The position numbers were made by a program, and so were the translations under genes. Under the pieces are notes generated by a model that was not told the DNA's origin, made no database searches, and saw only the letters and a program-made list of their open reading frames with translations. From Torpedo marmorata (lineage: Eukaryota): 64,000 nucleotides of DNA. Shown piece by piece: positions 47,073 to 59,995 of the stretch (the stretch's first letter is position 1; each line of letters opens with the position of its first letter). The stretch covers positions 134,478,001 to 134,542,000 of the forward strand of contig OZ360221.1 of the NCBI GenBank assembly GCA_977017645.1, read 5' to 3'.

Positions 47073-47897
47073 TTATTTTGTGTTAGTGGTTTCACATTGT
47101 GGCCAAATAAATGATCAGCAGTAGAAGGAATGCAAAATGAAAGATGTTGATGATTAGGGATTAGGCATTGCACATACTGGTTTAGCAGATTAGAAAAATG
47201 ATAGACAACTCAGCAACAAAGGTGTGCTCCCTCCTTCCACCTTCGTTCCTGTGCCACTGTGCTCACTACAGATGGTGGTAAAAGCTGTGCTCTCATGTTG
47301 GCTGTGAAGTTGGAGGCCATTTTGTTGATCAACATCTATCTTGTTTCTATGTCTGTTGATGAATACATGGCTCCTGTAGGGCTGTGCGGACAGTGCAGGC
47401 AGTGTTTATGCTTGCCTCTCTTCTTCTCTATGATATACAGGTTGGTCAGTAAGCCTTATGTTACATATGTAGATGGATTATATTAGAGTAACATCAGATG
47501 TGTCATTTGTACATCCTTCATGGCATAGCCTTGTTTTGTTGCAGAGACTAAAAAGTAGATGGCACTGTGAACAGCCACAGTCAACCATCAAGTTTATTGA
47601 CACACGTACCAAGATGAAGGTTGTTTTGTGAGCAGACCAGTTTAACATCTTACACATCGTACAACAAGTAAGGCACAGAACAAAAGTGCAGTTACAGAGA
47701 GATATCAGTTTGACAGGAGCAAAAGCCTTTACTATTTTGGGGTTCGTTCAGGAGTCTGATAATGGTAGGAAATTACCTGTCCTTAAATATGGCAGTGCAT
47801 AATCTTCTACTTGTAAATGTTCATGATGGGAGCAGGTGAAGAGAGCATTGCCGGGTTGGATAATATGTTGGCTGCTTTTCCAAGGCAATGGAAATAA

Positions 47898-48035
47898 NNN
47901 NNNNNNNNNNNNNNNNNNNNNNNNNNNNNNNNNNNNNNNNNNNNNNNNNNNNNNNNNNNNNNNNNNNNNNNNNNNNNNNNNNNNNNNNNNNNNNNNNNNN
48001 NNNNNNNNNNNNNNNNNNNNNNNNNNNNNNNNNNN
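47898..48035. other. Assembly gap (Ns) inside a decayed Rex1-like fragment
   Basis: Run of N. Confidence 0.99.
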
Positions 48036-49779
48036 ACCCTCTGCAATTTCTTGCACACTTGCTCAAGTGCTTCCTGTACCAGGTAGTGATGTATCCTCAG
48101 ATACTTTCAGTGGTGCACCTGTAGAAATTGTAAAGTAAAGCACGTGACATGGCAAATTTCCTCAGGCCTCTGAAGAAGCAGCTGCTGCAATTTCTTGGCC
48201 TTGCATTGATGTGGATGCACTGAGTGCTGGTGGCTTATCAGGCATCCTTTCCTGTGGCACATTTAGTGCAGGACAAACAGAATGATGATCGTCCAGTCAA
48301 TGGCAACTTACACCATGCAGAAGTTTCCAATCCTCCCAAAGCGGTATGCCTGCTCTGCCAACTGCTCTATGAATAAGAGATTAAAATGTAAAATGTGGCC
48401 TTCCTTATGTAGATATCCCCAGTACAAGTTTGGAAGGAGCCTGAAGGATAAATTCTAATGGCCACCATTATTTTTTACAACTAATGACAATGTAGATTTT
48501 GCTTTGCTGGGTTGTGGCGATTTTAGTCAATACTGCTTCTCCCTCTATTCCTTGTTGTGAGAATTGCTCCTTAAACATCCCTGAAGATTAAGCCTTCTCA
48601 TGAGAGTTTATCCAACCCCTCCCTCCTCTCCCCTTAGCTGCTTGCCTTGTTCTGCATTCCCTCTGCTCATTCTCCCTGTCATGTTCCATTCCTGGAGGAA
48701 TGCCTGAGAGCAACTTGTTTGGACAAAACCCTTGAACTCAGAACAAAGCTATTCATCATATAGTGTGCCACTCCCTGTAGACTTCAGCAACTCCACAGAA
48801 CTTCACACAGCACGAAAAATGTGTCATTACAGTACTGCCAGTAGAAATCAGTCAGCAATTAACCTAAAAGTAGTGGATGATTACTTTAAGTTGGACTTAT
48901 GGGAAGTTTTTAAATCTATTACTAAACTGTATATACAGCTATGTGAGGATAATAGTCTGTATGAGATAGAGCACTGTGCTCCAAAATGGCAGCAATGCTT
49001 GCCAATTGGCATTGGGGTCAGCCAACTCTGCATACTTTCAGTAGACATTAGTTGTGTATGAGGAAAATCCTCTAGCAAAATGACATCTGGCATGAATTGT
49101 ACCACAAATATGTATGCGTGGATCAGAAATCAATTTTGGAGCAATGTAGAAAGGGCACTTCCATAAGGAATGGAAGACAATAGAAATGTTTGTTTATCTA
49201 CAGGCTGGTTAATTGGGGATGCCTGCCACAAGCTAACCTGGCTAAGTTGAGATGAAATTTTGCAGTTCTACAATAATTGATTTTGGAAAGGAGCAACTAA
49301 AAGCACACATTGCATGTGTATCCAAAACAATGTAAAGCACGGGACAAGCCTTTCACTTTCAGACATTGATTTGATTCAGTATTAAGTCATTCAAGGGATT
49401 TAATTAATCATTTATAAAGAGACAGTTTAAAAAAATAAACTTTCTGGCAAGATAGAAATCCTGGCATTTTGCCCCATGCTTGCTTCAGACTGGTAAAGAC
49501 AAACCATTAGTACAAAATAGTGTTTCCATGTCTCCTTCCAGCTTTCACAAAAGACTCATACAAAGGTATTAAATATCATCACACAAGGATATTCAAGTAC
49601 AGATGGAATCAATTTCCCCATTTAGTCGGAAGGGAAATGAACAGCTCAGCCCTGTGAACTCAGCTGGAATAAAGAGCAACTGTCTTACATCAAATAACTC
49701 CTGTCCAAGAGCAGCAGAGTGCTATGCTTTCGGGGATGCCTTATTTTGGATGAACTATTCTCTGGATTGGACATTAAAT

Positions 49780-49950
49780 ATGCTATGGTGTTACACCAAG
49801 GAATGATAGTGGGGTTAGCTCTATTGTCAAATTCAATATTTATCCTTCAATTGCCATTACTGCAACTGATAATCTGATAATTATCACATTGAATCAAATC
49901 TTGCTGGCATGGACCTGTTTTCTGAAATCACTGTTGACAGTCATCTCATA
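49780..49950 (+). mobile_element. Ancient Deu-domain SINE remnant
   Basis: caatatttatccttcaa...gataatctgataattatcacattg resembles the recalled Deu core (caatatttatccctcaacc...gattatctggtcattatcacattg). Confidence 0.5.
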
Positions 49951-50289
49951 TCTTTGAGAGGCCAGACAGGTTGGGCCCGTATTCCTTGCAGTTTGGAAGA
50001 ATGAGAGGTAACCTTATTCAAACATACAACAAAGGGGCTTGACAGGGTAAATGTTGAGATGTTTTCACTCATGGGGGAATCACAAACAAGGGATCATCAT
50101 TTAAAAACGAGGAGTGGAGATTTTTTTTCTGTGTCAGAGGGTAGTCAATCTCTGGAAGTAGAAATATTTAAGGTGGAGCTAAATAAGTATTTGAAAGATC
50201 CAGGAATTGAGGGTTATGGGGATACAAGGAGAGGTTGCATAGGCTGGGTCTGTTTTCCCTGGATCAGAGGATGCTGCTGAGAGGTGATA

Positions 50290-50500
50290 TTATATATATT
50301 AAAAAATAAAAAAAAAAATATATATATATATATACACACACCCACTCATACACATATGTGTGTATATACTGTATATACAGGTATATACATATGTGTATTT
50401 ACAGTGTATATATACAGTATATGTACATATATTATAATATATATGATATAATATTTATACACACACAGATAGATAGATTAGATATGAATGCATATATAAA
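50290..50500. repeat. A/TA/CA low-complexity microsatellite within a CR1 fragment
   Basis: (TA)n, (CA)n and poly-A runs. Confidence 0.9.
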
Positions 50501-50535
50501 ATATGTCATGAGAGGGATAGCTAGGGTAAATAGCC

Positions 50536-52855
50536 AGGGAAGCCATGAAGGAGTTGAAGCCATGAAGGAGCTTTACGATGACATCTGTGAAGCCCAGACT
50601 TCCCACCCTGACGGTGCCATGATTGTCAACAGCATGTGAACTTTGCCACCAGAGGAGAGAACACCCTGGATCAGGTGTACACCAACGTCCCTGGTGCATA
50701 CAAGGCTGCACCTCGCCCCCACCTTGGTTACTCAGATCACATATCTGTCCTGCTAACCCCGGCGTACAGACCGCTGGCAAAGCAAACTAGGTCAGTTTGC
50801 AGGACGTGACCGAGGGCAGCCACCTACAATGGTCGTGTAAACATTGAAGAGTACACGAGCTCAGTAATAGGCTACATCAGCAAGTGCATTGAGGATGTCA
50901 CCGAGATCAAATGCTTCACAACCAGGGCTAACCAGAAACCATAGTTGGATGCAGAGGTCCGGGCCCTTCTCAGAGCTCATGATGCTGCCTTCAGGACGGG
51001 GAGAGGACGGCACGAAGATCAGCCAGGGCTGAACTCTCCCGTGCAATCCAGAAGGCAAAGCATGGATACGCACAGAAGATCCACAGACAGCTGTGTGACG
51101 CCGGCGACAGGAGGCGCATGTGGCAAGCGATCAAGACTATTATGGATCACAAATCAACCTTGCGAGTTAAGGACAATGACACCCCCCTTCCGGACAGACT
51201 GAACATCTTCTATGCACGGTTTGATGAGAAGAACAGGATGACGCCAAAGAAAGCTCCGTGTCCACCTGATGAATGGGCCTCCTGCATAGCCGCAGCTGAG
51301 GTGAGGTGAACCCACACAAGGAGTCGGGAACAGACAACATACCTGGTCGGGTACTGAAAGACTGCGCAGACCAATTGACGGAGGTCTTCATGGACATCTA
51401 CAACACCTCACTGCAGCAGTCCATCACTCCCGCAGGGTTCAAGACAGCCACCATCATCCCAGTACCCAAGAGGGCGACAATAACAGGCCTCAATGACTAC
51501 CGCCCTGTGGCACTGACCTCCACCGTTATGAAATGCTTCGAGCGTCTGGTGATGGAACACATCAAAGCACACCTCCCAGAGACGCTGGACCCATTTCAAT
51601 TCACCTATAGAAGAAACCGTTGCACAGACAATGCTATAGCCTTGTCGCTTCACTCCGTCCTGGCCCACCTGGAGAACGACGCCTCATACGCCAGGCTGCT
51701 GTTCATTGACTTAGATCAGTGTTTAATACAATCATTCCCCAGAGGCTGGTGGAGAAGCTGTCCTCGCTGGGACTCAACACCCCTCTCTGTAACTGGATCC
51801 TGGACTTCCTAACGGAAAGACCACAGTCTGTCCGGGTCGGCAGCAGAATGTCGAGCCCCGTCACGCTGAGCATTGGCGCACCTCAGGGCTGTTTGCTCAG
51901 CCCACTCCTGTTCACGCTACTGAACCTTGACTGCATTGCCAGATCTAGCTCCATCAGTGTCATCGAGTTTGCAGGTGACACAACAGTAGTTAGCCTCATC
52001 AGCAACAACGATGAGTCGCACTACAGAGAAGATGTAGATAATCTTGTGAAATGGTGCGAGAGTAACAACCTGAGTCTCAACGAGGACAAGACGAAGGAGA
52101 TGATCATTGACTTTAGGAGGACCAGGAATGAATACCCTCCACTACACATCAACAACTCTGTAGAGAGTGGAGAGCACCAAGTTACTTGGAGTTCACTTAA
52201 CTAGTGACTTATCATAGACACAGAACATCTCCTCACTTGTCAGGAAGGCGCAAAAGCGACTGCACTTCCTGAGAAGACTGAAGCGGGCAAGGCTACCGGC
52301 CACCATTATGTCAACCTTCTATAGGAGCTCTATCAAGAGCGTCCTGGCCGGCTGCATCACAGTGTGGTATGGTTGCTGCAGAGAAATGGATCAGAGGTAA
52401 ATCCACAGGACCATAAGAGTGGCAGAGAGGATCCATGGAGTCTCCCTCCCCCCCATCGACGTGATCTACCAGGATCGTTGCCTGAAGAGGGTGCGCAAAA
52501 TCATTGAGGACCCCTACCACCCCGTACACAGCATCTTTCAGCTGCTCCCGTTGGGGAACAGATACAGGAGTATCAGAGCCAGCACCACCAGGCTGAGGTA
52601 CAGCTTCTTCCCATGGTTAGTGAGAATGCTGAACAACCAAAGGAACTGCTCACACTAACCATCCGAGACTCTCATCTGCACAAAACAATATCTATTTATT
52701 TATTTGTATTAATGAGATACTTGTCCTGCGGATGTATTCTTTGTCTGTATGTGTGTTATGTCTGATTGTGTGTCTGCATGTTTTGCACCGAGGACCGGAG
52801 AACACTGTTTCGTCAGGTTGTACTTGTACAATCAGATAACAATAAACTTGACTTG
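50536..52855 (+). mobile_element. Rex1/Babar-like LINE (second subfamily), decayed, inserted into a CR1 fragment
   Basis: [39 protein letters not shown], (D)TTVV motifs; (CTTGA)n tail; CR1 sequence resumes after 52860. Confidence 0.85.
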
Positions 52856-53276
52856 TTAGGTTCCCACGGTAGGGCATAGGTTTAAGGTGAGAGGGAGGAG
52901 GTTTGAAGGGAATGTGCAGGGTCAGTTTTTCATACAAAGGATAGTGCATATCATGAATGAGCTGCCAGAGGGAGATGATGGAGGCAGAAATATGCAGATA
53001 GTGAAACTTTTTTGGAATTCTCCACTCTACTGGAGAGCTCTGGAGGCTGACTCATTGAATTTATTCAAAACAGAGATTAATCCATTTCTGGATATTAAAG
53101 GAATCAGGAACTGGGGTGGTGCAGTTAGAAAATTGTCATCATCCTGATGAATGCAAGAGCAGGCTAAGAGTTATACCTGAGTATACCTTGAGTTATTCAA
53201 AAGGTAGTCATTTGCTTGAAGAGGCAAACAGCCTACTCCTGCTAATATTTCTTATGTTCCTATTTAATGTGTTATT

Positions 53277-54731
53277 ACCAGAGGGTACTGAAAATCTGTG
53301 CCAACCAACTAGCCGGAGTGTTCACGGACATTTTCAACCTCTCATTGCGGCAGTCAGAGGTTCCCACCTGCTTCAAAAGGGCATCAATCATCCTGGTACT
53401 CAAGAAGAGTAGTGTGAGCTGCCTCACCTACTACCGCCCAGTAGCACTAACTTCTACTGTGATGAAATGCTTTGAGAGGCTGGTCATGGCCAGAATTAAC
53501 ATGTACCTGAGCAAAGATCTGGACCCACTGCAATTCGTCTATCGTCACAATCCCTCCACAGCAGATGCAGTATCGTTGGCTCTCCACTCAGCTCTGGATC
53601 ACCTTGAAAAGAGCAATTCACACATACTGCTGCTCTTCATCGACTACAGCTCGGCCTTCAATACCATTATTCCCTCAGTGCTGGTCAAGAAGCTACAAAC
53701 GCTAGGCCTCTGTACCCCACTCTGCAACTGGATCCTTGACTTTCTCATCGGAAGACCCCAGTCAGTACGAATTGGAAACAATGTCTCCTCCTCACTGATT
53801 ATCAACACAGGCGCATCCCAAGGATGCGTGCTTAGTCCACTGCTTTACTCGTTATACACCCATGACTGTGTGGCCAGGCACAATTCCAATGCCATCTACA
53901 CGTTTGCTGATGACACCACAGTTGTTGGCAGAATCACAAACGGCAATGAGGAAGCGTACAGGAGGGAGATAGATCAGCTCGTTGAATGGTGTTATGGCAA
54001 CAACCTTGCGCTCAACGTCAGCAAAACCAAGGAGATGATTGTGGACTTCAGGAGGAAGTCAGGGGAACACGACCCAGTCCTCATTGAGGGCTCAGTAGTG
54101 GAGAGTGTCAAGAACTTCAAATTCCTGGGTGTCAACATCTCCGAGGATCTGTCCTGGAGCCTCCACGTTGATGCAATCGCAAAGAAGGCTCGCCAGCGGC
54201 TATATTTTGTGAGGTGTCTGAGGAGATTCGGTATGTCACCGAAGACTCTCGTAAACTTCTACAGGTGTACCGTGGAGAGCATTCTGGCTGGTTGCATCAC
54301 TGCCTGGTATGGAGGTGCCAACTCTCAGGACAAGAATAAACTCAAGAGGGTTGTTAACTCGGCCTGTGACATCACAGGCACCAGACTTCACTCCATTGAG
54401 GACATCTACACGAGACGGTGTCTTAAAAAAGCAGCCTCTGTCCTCAAACACCCCCACCACCCAGGCCATGCCCTCTTCACTCTGCTACCATCATGAAAAA
54501 GGTACAGGAGCCTAAAGTCGAGCACTCAACGGCACAAGGACAGCTTCTTCCCCGCTGCCATCAGATTCCTGAATAATCAATGAACCAAAGACACTGCCTT
54601 ACTTTTCGTGCACTATTATATATATTTTTTATAGTAATGTCGTAAGATGGTTATAATATGAATGTTTTCACTATTATGCTGCCGCAAAACACCGAATTTC
54701 ATGACTTGTTCATGACAATAAATTCTAATTC
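53277..54731 (+). mobile_element. Rex1/Babar-like LINE 3' part, near-identical inverted sibling of 26543-27960
   Basis: 409-aa RT ORF highly similar to ORF 26695-27924; same 3' UTR. Confidence 0.9.
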
Positions 54732-55269
54732 AATATTATATGTATAACTTTGGTCAAAATATATGCGACACTGCCCACTAAAGGCTATAAGACAAGGCAT
54801 ACTAATGCACCGTGTGTTCTTTATCAGATCATCATTTTATATTTCTCTAAGAAAGGTCATTTTCATTTTTGTGGCATTTTATAGAAAAAGAAACACACAG
54901 TGGAAACTCAAAAATCAACTGCAAACAGCCATAATTTGAATAATGCTAGATGTATCCAGCTAGGATTTTTAGCAAACAGGATATGTGTTGCAACATCAGT
55001 CTTAATAAATAAAGATGTCTTCTGGTCCTATTAAGTACATATTGGATTAAGGTAAGTTGTGTAATACTGACTCTTTTGGTTTTATTCTTTAACTTTTTGC
55101 AGATGGACGTGATTGGGCAGCATTGATGAATATTGTTGCTGTCGTGTTAAAAGTAAATAATCATTTTGATTCTTCAATTTGCAGGGTTAGTACATTTTGT
55201 GCAGTAAAGAATTAAATGATGGAAGATGTAATGTTGAGACATTTTAGTTTAACAAATTTTCTTTTGCAG

Positions 55270-55348
55270 ATATCTTGCTGGATGATTTTCTTCTCACGTA
55301 CACAGTGTTCATGACAACCAATGACTTATGCCATGCATTACTGAGGCA
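55270..55348 (+). CDS. RAPGEF5: RAPGEF5 coding exon (REM domain)
   Basis: ttttgcag acceptor; phase-1 join with 21371 gives EA-DILLDDFLLTYTVFMTTNDLCHALLR(H), matching recalled human TLLDDFLLTYTVFMTTDDLCQALLRH. Confidence 0.93.
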
Positions 55349-55357
55349 ATATCCTTT
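55349..55357 (+). promoter_or_regulatory. U12-type (minor spliceosome) AT-AC intron 5' splice site
   Basis: ATATCCTTT exactly where RAPGEF5 homology ends; matches the U12 donor consensus RTATCCTTT. Confidence 0.85.
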
Positions 55358-56489
55358 CAGATGTCTACAAGTATTAATAAAGTAGAGAATTATCATAGAA
55401 TGATAATTTTCAAAAGAACCAAGCCCTTGTGGTCTTAGAAAGAAATAGATTAAAATGTTCTCCTTCAACACCTTATTTTGGTGAGTACTATTGATTAGAG
55501 CAAAACAGATGCTGTTCAGTCACTCATCAGGAATCAAAAGATGATGTTTGAGTACTGTTTGTATTATTTTAATTTTGCAATTTATAATATGCAGTTTTAA
55601 TCGATGATAATAAAATGTTTGGTTGACTGTAGTTGCACAAGTGAAACTAATAAATGCAAGCACTGAATCCAGCGATAACAGTGTGAAGAATGAAAATTTT
55701 GTTAATGACATATTCAAGAACAGAATTGCATCATTCTGTTCTGACAGGTCAGTTGTACATTTTGGTATGCTGTACATGTACTGTGGAGTGTGCTAATGCC
55801 ATCATGGATTTACCAAAATAATTTGTATAAATGGCCAAAATACAAATAAATGAAACAATAAAATGAGACCCACATCGTTCCCATAAGATCTGCATGTAGA
55901 TCTCACAGCTGCCACATCGCTGTTGTGGTGACTGCCAGAATGTGAGGCGATGGAGCGGCAACAACGATTGTCATGGAGATGAGGGAGAGTGTGGGGAAGG
56001 GGGAGGACATCATGCTCTCCTTTGTCCCTGAGTGGACACTGCAGGATTATCTGGCCCAATTGACCACCATGCCATGAGTGGTGTCACGCCTCTACAAGTT
56101 GTGGGCTGGTTAAGGGCCAGTGATTGCAGCATGTGGCTTAGATGCGAGCTGAATGAAGAGGCTGTGAAGGGAGAACCAGTTCATTGTTAAACCTTGAAAA
56201 GTGAGGCTGAAAGAAACTATGCACAAGATATAGATGTGACAGTGCAGAGCCTGAAGGGCCAATATATGTATGATCTGGTTTGTCTGAGTGATTGATGAAG
56301 TACATGAAGTTTCCACTTCTGTCAGCAATGGAGAGAATGCACACTGTATGACCCATGACATCATAATGCATGGCTGACATTGGGGAAATGAGCTCCCTCA
56401 TGAAGTAAAATATGAATAGTGCTTGGGATAATTTCATAGTGTGTTCACCCTGAAATGATCAACCCCAGATGAAATTCCAATAAATATTT

Positions 56490-56712
56490 GGCAGCATGGA
56501 TAGCGTAGCGGTTAGCGTGACTCTATTACAGTGCCATTGACCTGGGTTTAAATCCAGCACAGTCTGTTCGTTCTCCCCATGCCTGTGTGTGTTTTCTCTG
56601 GGTGCCTCAGTTTACTCCCATTTTCTAAAGACATTCAGGGGGTAATTAGGCAGCGCACACTCGTGGGCTGGAAGGGCTTGCTATCATGCTGTATCTCTAA
56701 ATTTAAATTTAA
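56490..56712 (+). mobile_element. tRNA-derived V-SINE
   Basis: A-box-like tagcgtagcggttag, B-box-like ggtttaaatcc, V-domain-like ttctcccc..tg.g.g..tttctctgggtgc.tc.gttt.ctccca, (TAAATT)n tail. Confidence 0.75.
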
Positions 56713-57024
56713 GAAAACATTTTTAATTGAGGCGTTGTTCCTCTAGTTTAGGTTGGGCCTTCTCTGGCAGTGGAGAAGGTCCCAAAATAGGTTCAATTTC
56801 TACAAAAAGCAATATGGATTGCTTGAAAAATATGAGGTATATTTGTTAGGTAATTTTCCAATCCAGTAGACATATTTGGTGAGTTTTTAAACCAGCACCA
56901 TTCTGGAGGTTAGCAGAAAACATGCCTAATGTTGTGCTTTTCACTAACTTGGGAAACCCCAAGGTACTTAACAATGATTAAAGTTTTTTTTAAATGCATT
57001 CACATTTTTAAATGTATGTAATAG

Positions 57025-57620
57025 CCATATTTTGCACAGAAAACTCCAATATACAGCAATGAGATAAGATGATAATTTGTTGCAGTGTAGTTCAATGTTG
57101 AATAAGTAATGGCCAGGAACAAAATCCTGCTCTTAGTCAAAGTACCCTATATACTCGTGAAATAGTCGATCCCGTGTAATAGTCAACTCCCTTTTTAGGC
57201 CCAAAAATTGTGTGTTTTCCATACGACCCGTGTAAGAATCGACGACCCCCCCCTCCCCCTATTTTTGGCACTGACCGCCCACCCATCTGAGCTCCCGACT
57301 CCCCGAACGCGGACTTACCACCTGGTCCCGGTCATCCGAGCTCCCAATGCCTTCAACGATGCAGGTACTTACCGCAGTCAAAAGTATGACCTGTGTAAAA
57401 GTCGACTCCCCCCCCAAATTTGACACGAAAAATTGGTCCAAAAAACTCGACTATTACACGAGTAAACACGGTAGTGTTATGTGATCTTTTTTATTGACCT
57501 GACAGAGCAGACAGTTTAATGTTCTTCCATCAAGATATTGGATTGGAGTGCTGAAGTTCTGAAATAAAAATTAATCCACAACTTTCTGACTCAGAAGTGA
57601 GATTCCTAATTTGAACAACA
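57025..57620 (-). mobile_element. Ancient Deu-domain SINE remnant split by a MITE
   Basis: tttgcacag...cagcaatgagataa...taatggccagga...tcctgctctt | gatcttt..cctgacagagcagac..gtttaatgt resembles the reverse complement of the recalled Deu core. Confidence 0.5.
57145..57471. mobile_element. Tc1/mariner-superfamily MITE
   Basis: TA-flanked TIRs CCCTATATACTCGTGAAATAGTCGA / TCGACTATTACACGAGTAAACACGG; internal gtgtaa..gtcgac repeats. Confidence 0.75.
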
Positions 57621-57814
57621 GATGACATGTTTAATAAACCTCAAGGAATGCACATTGAGTTAGCAATAATAAAGAATTACCTATTAAAAACATGTATTTG
57701 CCTGGGTATTTGGAAAATAGCTAAACATATCAGAGTCTTGTAGATTCTCCACTCACATTGTTCCAAAAAGCTTATAAAGATGCGCTGCGCAATTACCACA
57801 ACAGATTGCAAAAA

Positions 57815-59995
57815 GCATAGAACATAACAGTAAAGTACAGGCCTCCATGTTGTGCCGACCGATATATTCCTACCAAAATATACTAAACTCTTCCTACTTT
57901 GTAACCCTCTATTTTTCTTTCATCCATGTGCCTGTCTAATAGTCTCCTAAATGCCCCTAATGTTTCAGCCTCTACCACCACCCCTGGCAAGGCATTCCAG
58001 GCACCCACAACTCTCTGCGTAAAAAACATGCCCCTGATGTCTCCCCTAAACTTTCCTCCCTTCACTTTGTACAGATGTCCTCTGGTGTTTGCTATTCCTG
58101 CCCTGGGAAAAAGGTGCCAGCTGTCCACCTTTTCTACGCCTGTTGGAATCTTGTGGACCTCTAATAAGTCTCCTCTCATCCTTTTTCTGCTAACCTTGCC
58201 TCATAAGATTTATTTTACAATCCAGGCAACATCCTGGTAAATCTCCTCTGCAACCTCTCAACTCTTGAACTCAATCCCCCTATTAATGAAGCCCATCATC
58301 CCATAGGCCTTCTTAACTATCCTATCAACCTGAGCGACAACCTTGAGAGATGTATGGATTTAGACCCAAGGTCCCTCTGTTTCTCCACACTATTAAGTAT
58401 CCGACCATTAACCCTGTACTCAGCCTTCTTGTTTGACCTTCCAAAATGAATCACCTCATACTTATCCAAATTGAACTCCATCTGCCACTTTTCCGCCCAA
58501 CTCTGCATCCTGTCTATATCCTTTTGTAACCTACGACAACCTTCAGCACTATCCACAACTCCTCCAACCTTCGTATCATTCACAAACTTACTGACCCATC
58601 CTTCCGCTTCTTCATCTAGGTCATTTATAAAAATTACAAACAGCAGGGGTCCCAGTACAGATCCCTGTGGAACTCTACTAGTCACTGACCTCCAGACAGA
58701 ATACTGTCCATCCACTACTACTCTCTGCTTTCTACATGCAAGCCAATTTTTAATCCACACAACCGAGGTTCCATGGATCCCATGCCTCATGACTTTCTGA
58801 ACGAGTATCTCATGGGAGACCTTGTCAAATGCCTTACTAAAATCCATATAGACTACACCTACCACTCTACCCTCATAAATTTATTTTGTTACCTCCTCAA
58901 AAAACTGAATAAGCTCGTGAGGCATGACCTTCCCCTCACAAAGTCACGCTGACTATCCCTAAGAAGACTGTACAAATGCTCATAAATACTATCCTTAAGA
59001 ATCCTCTCCAAATAAATTTCCCTGAATCCTCCCTATTACTTTTTTTAAACAAGGGGACCACATTTGCCATTCTCCAATTGTCTGGCACCTCCCCTGTGGC
59101 CAAGGAGGACTCAAAGATCATAGCCATGCCCAGCTATCTCTTCTGTCCCTTCCCACTGCAACCTGGGGTATATCGTGTCCAGCCCCGGGGACTTATCAAT
59201 CTTAATGTTTTTAAGAAGATCCAACACTTCCTCTTCCCTAATCTCAACATCATCCAGCATACAAGCCTGTTCTATTCTGACCTCACCCTGATCAAGGTTC
59301 ATTTCTCGGGTGAATACTGAAGCAAAGTATTCATTTAGGACCTCCCCAACCTCCTCCGCCTCCAGGCACATGTTGCCTCCTTTATCCTTAAGTGGCCCCA
59401 CCTTCATTCTCGTCATCCTTCTGTTCTTCACATAAGCATAGAATGCCTTGGGGTTCTCTTTAATCCTACTTGCCCCCTTTGAGCTCTCCTAAGTCCTTTC
59501 TTAAGTTCCTTCATGGCTACCATATAATTCTCATGAGCCATTCCTGTTTCCTACTTCCTAAATCTAATGCATGTTTCCTTCTTCTTCTTAACTAACTGCC
59601 TCACCTGTTTTGTCAACCACGGTTCCATTTTTATACCATCTTTTCCCTCTTTCAGTGGAACAAACCTATCCTGAACACGGTGCAAGTGGTCCCTAAACAT
59701 CCACCACATTACTTCTGTACTTTCTCCCATGAACATCTGTTCCCAATTTACTCGTCCTAGTTCCTGCCTCATCCCATCATAATTAGTCCTTCCCCAATTA
59801 AACACTTTCCCATTTTGTCTGCTTTTATCTTTGACCATAGCTCTGCTAAAGCTTAGGGAGTTGTGGTCACTATCACTGAAATGCACCCCCACTGAGGGGT
59901 CTGCCACCTGACCAGATTCATTACCCAGTACTAGATCCAGTATAGCCTTTCCTCTCGTTGGCTGGTCCACATACTGGGTCAGGAATCCTTCTTGG
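57815..59995 (-). mobile_element. CR1/HER1-like LINE, 2.2-kb 3' portion with internal deletions
   Basis: PTRGKAILDLVL, SDSDHN endonuclease end; KSPGLDTIYP, WRMANVVPLFKK, YMDFSKAFDKV, VPQGSVLGPLLF RT motifs. Confidence 0.92.

Noticed and set aside
47748-48138. ORFs spanning the N gap
   Set aside because: Artefacts of undetermined bases.
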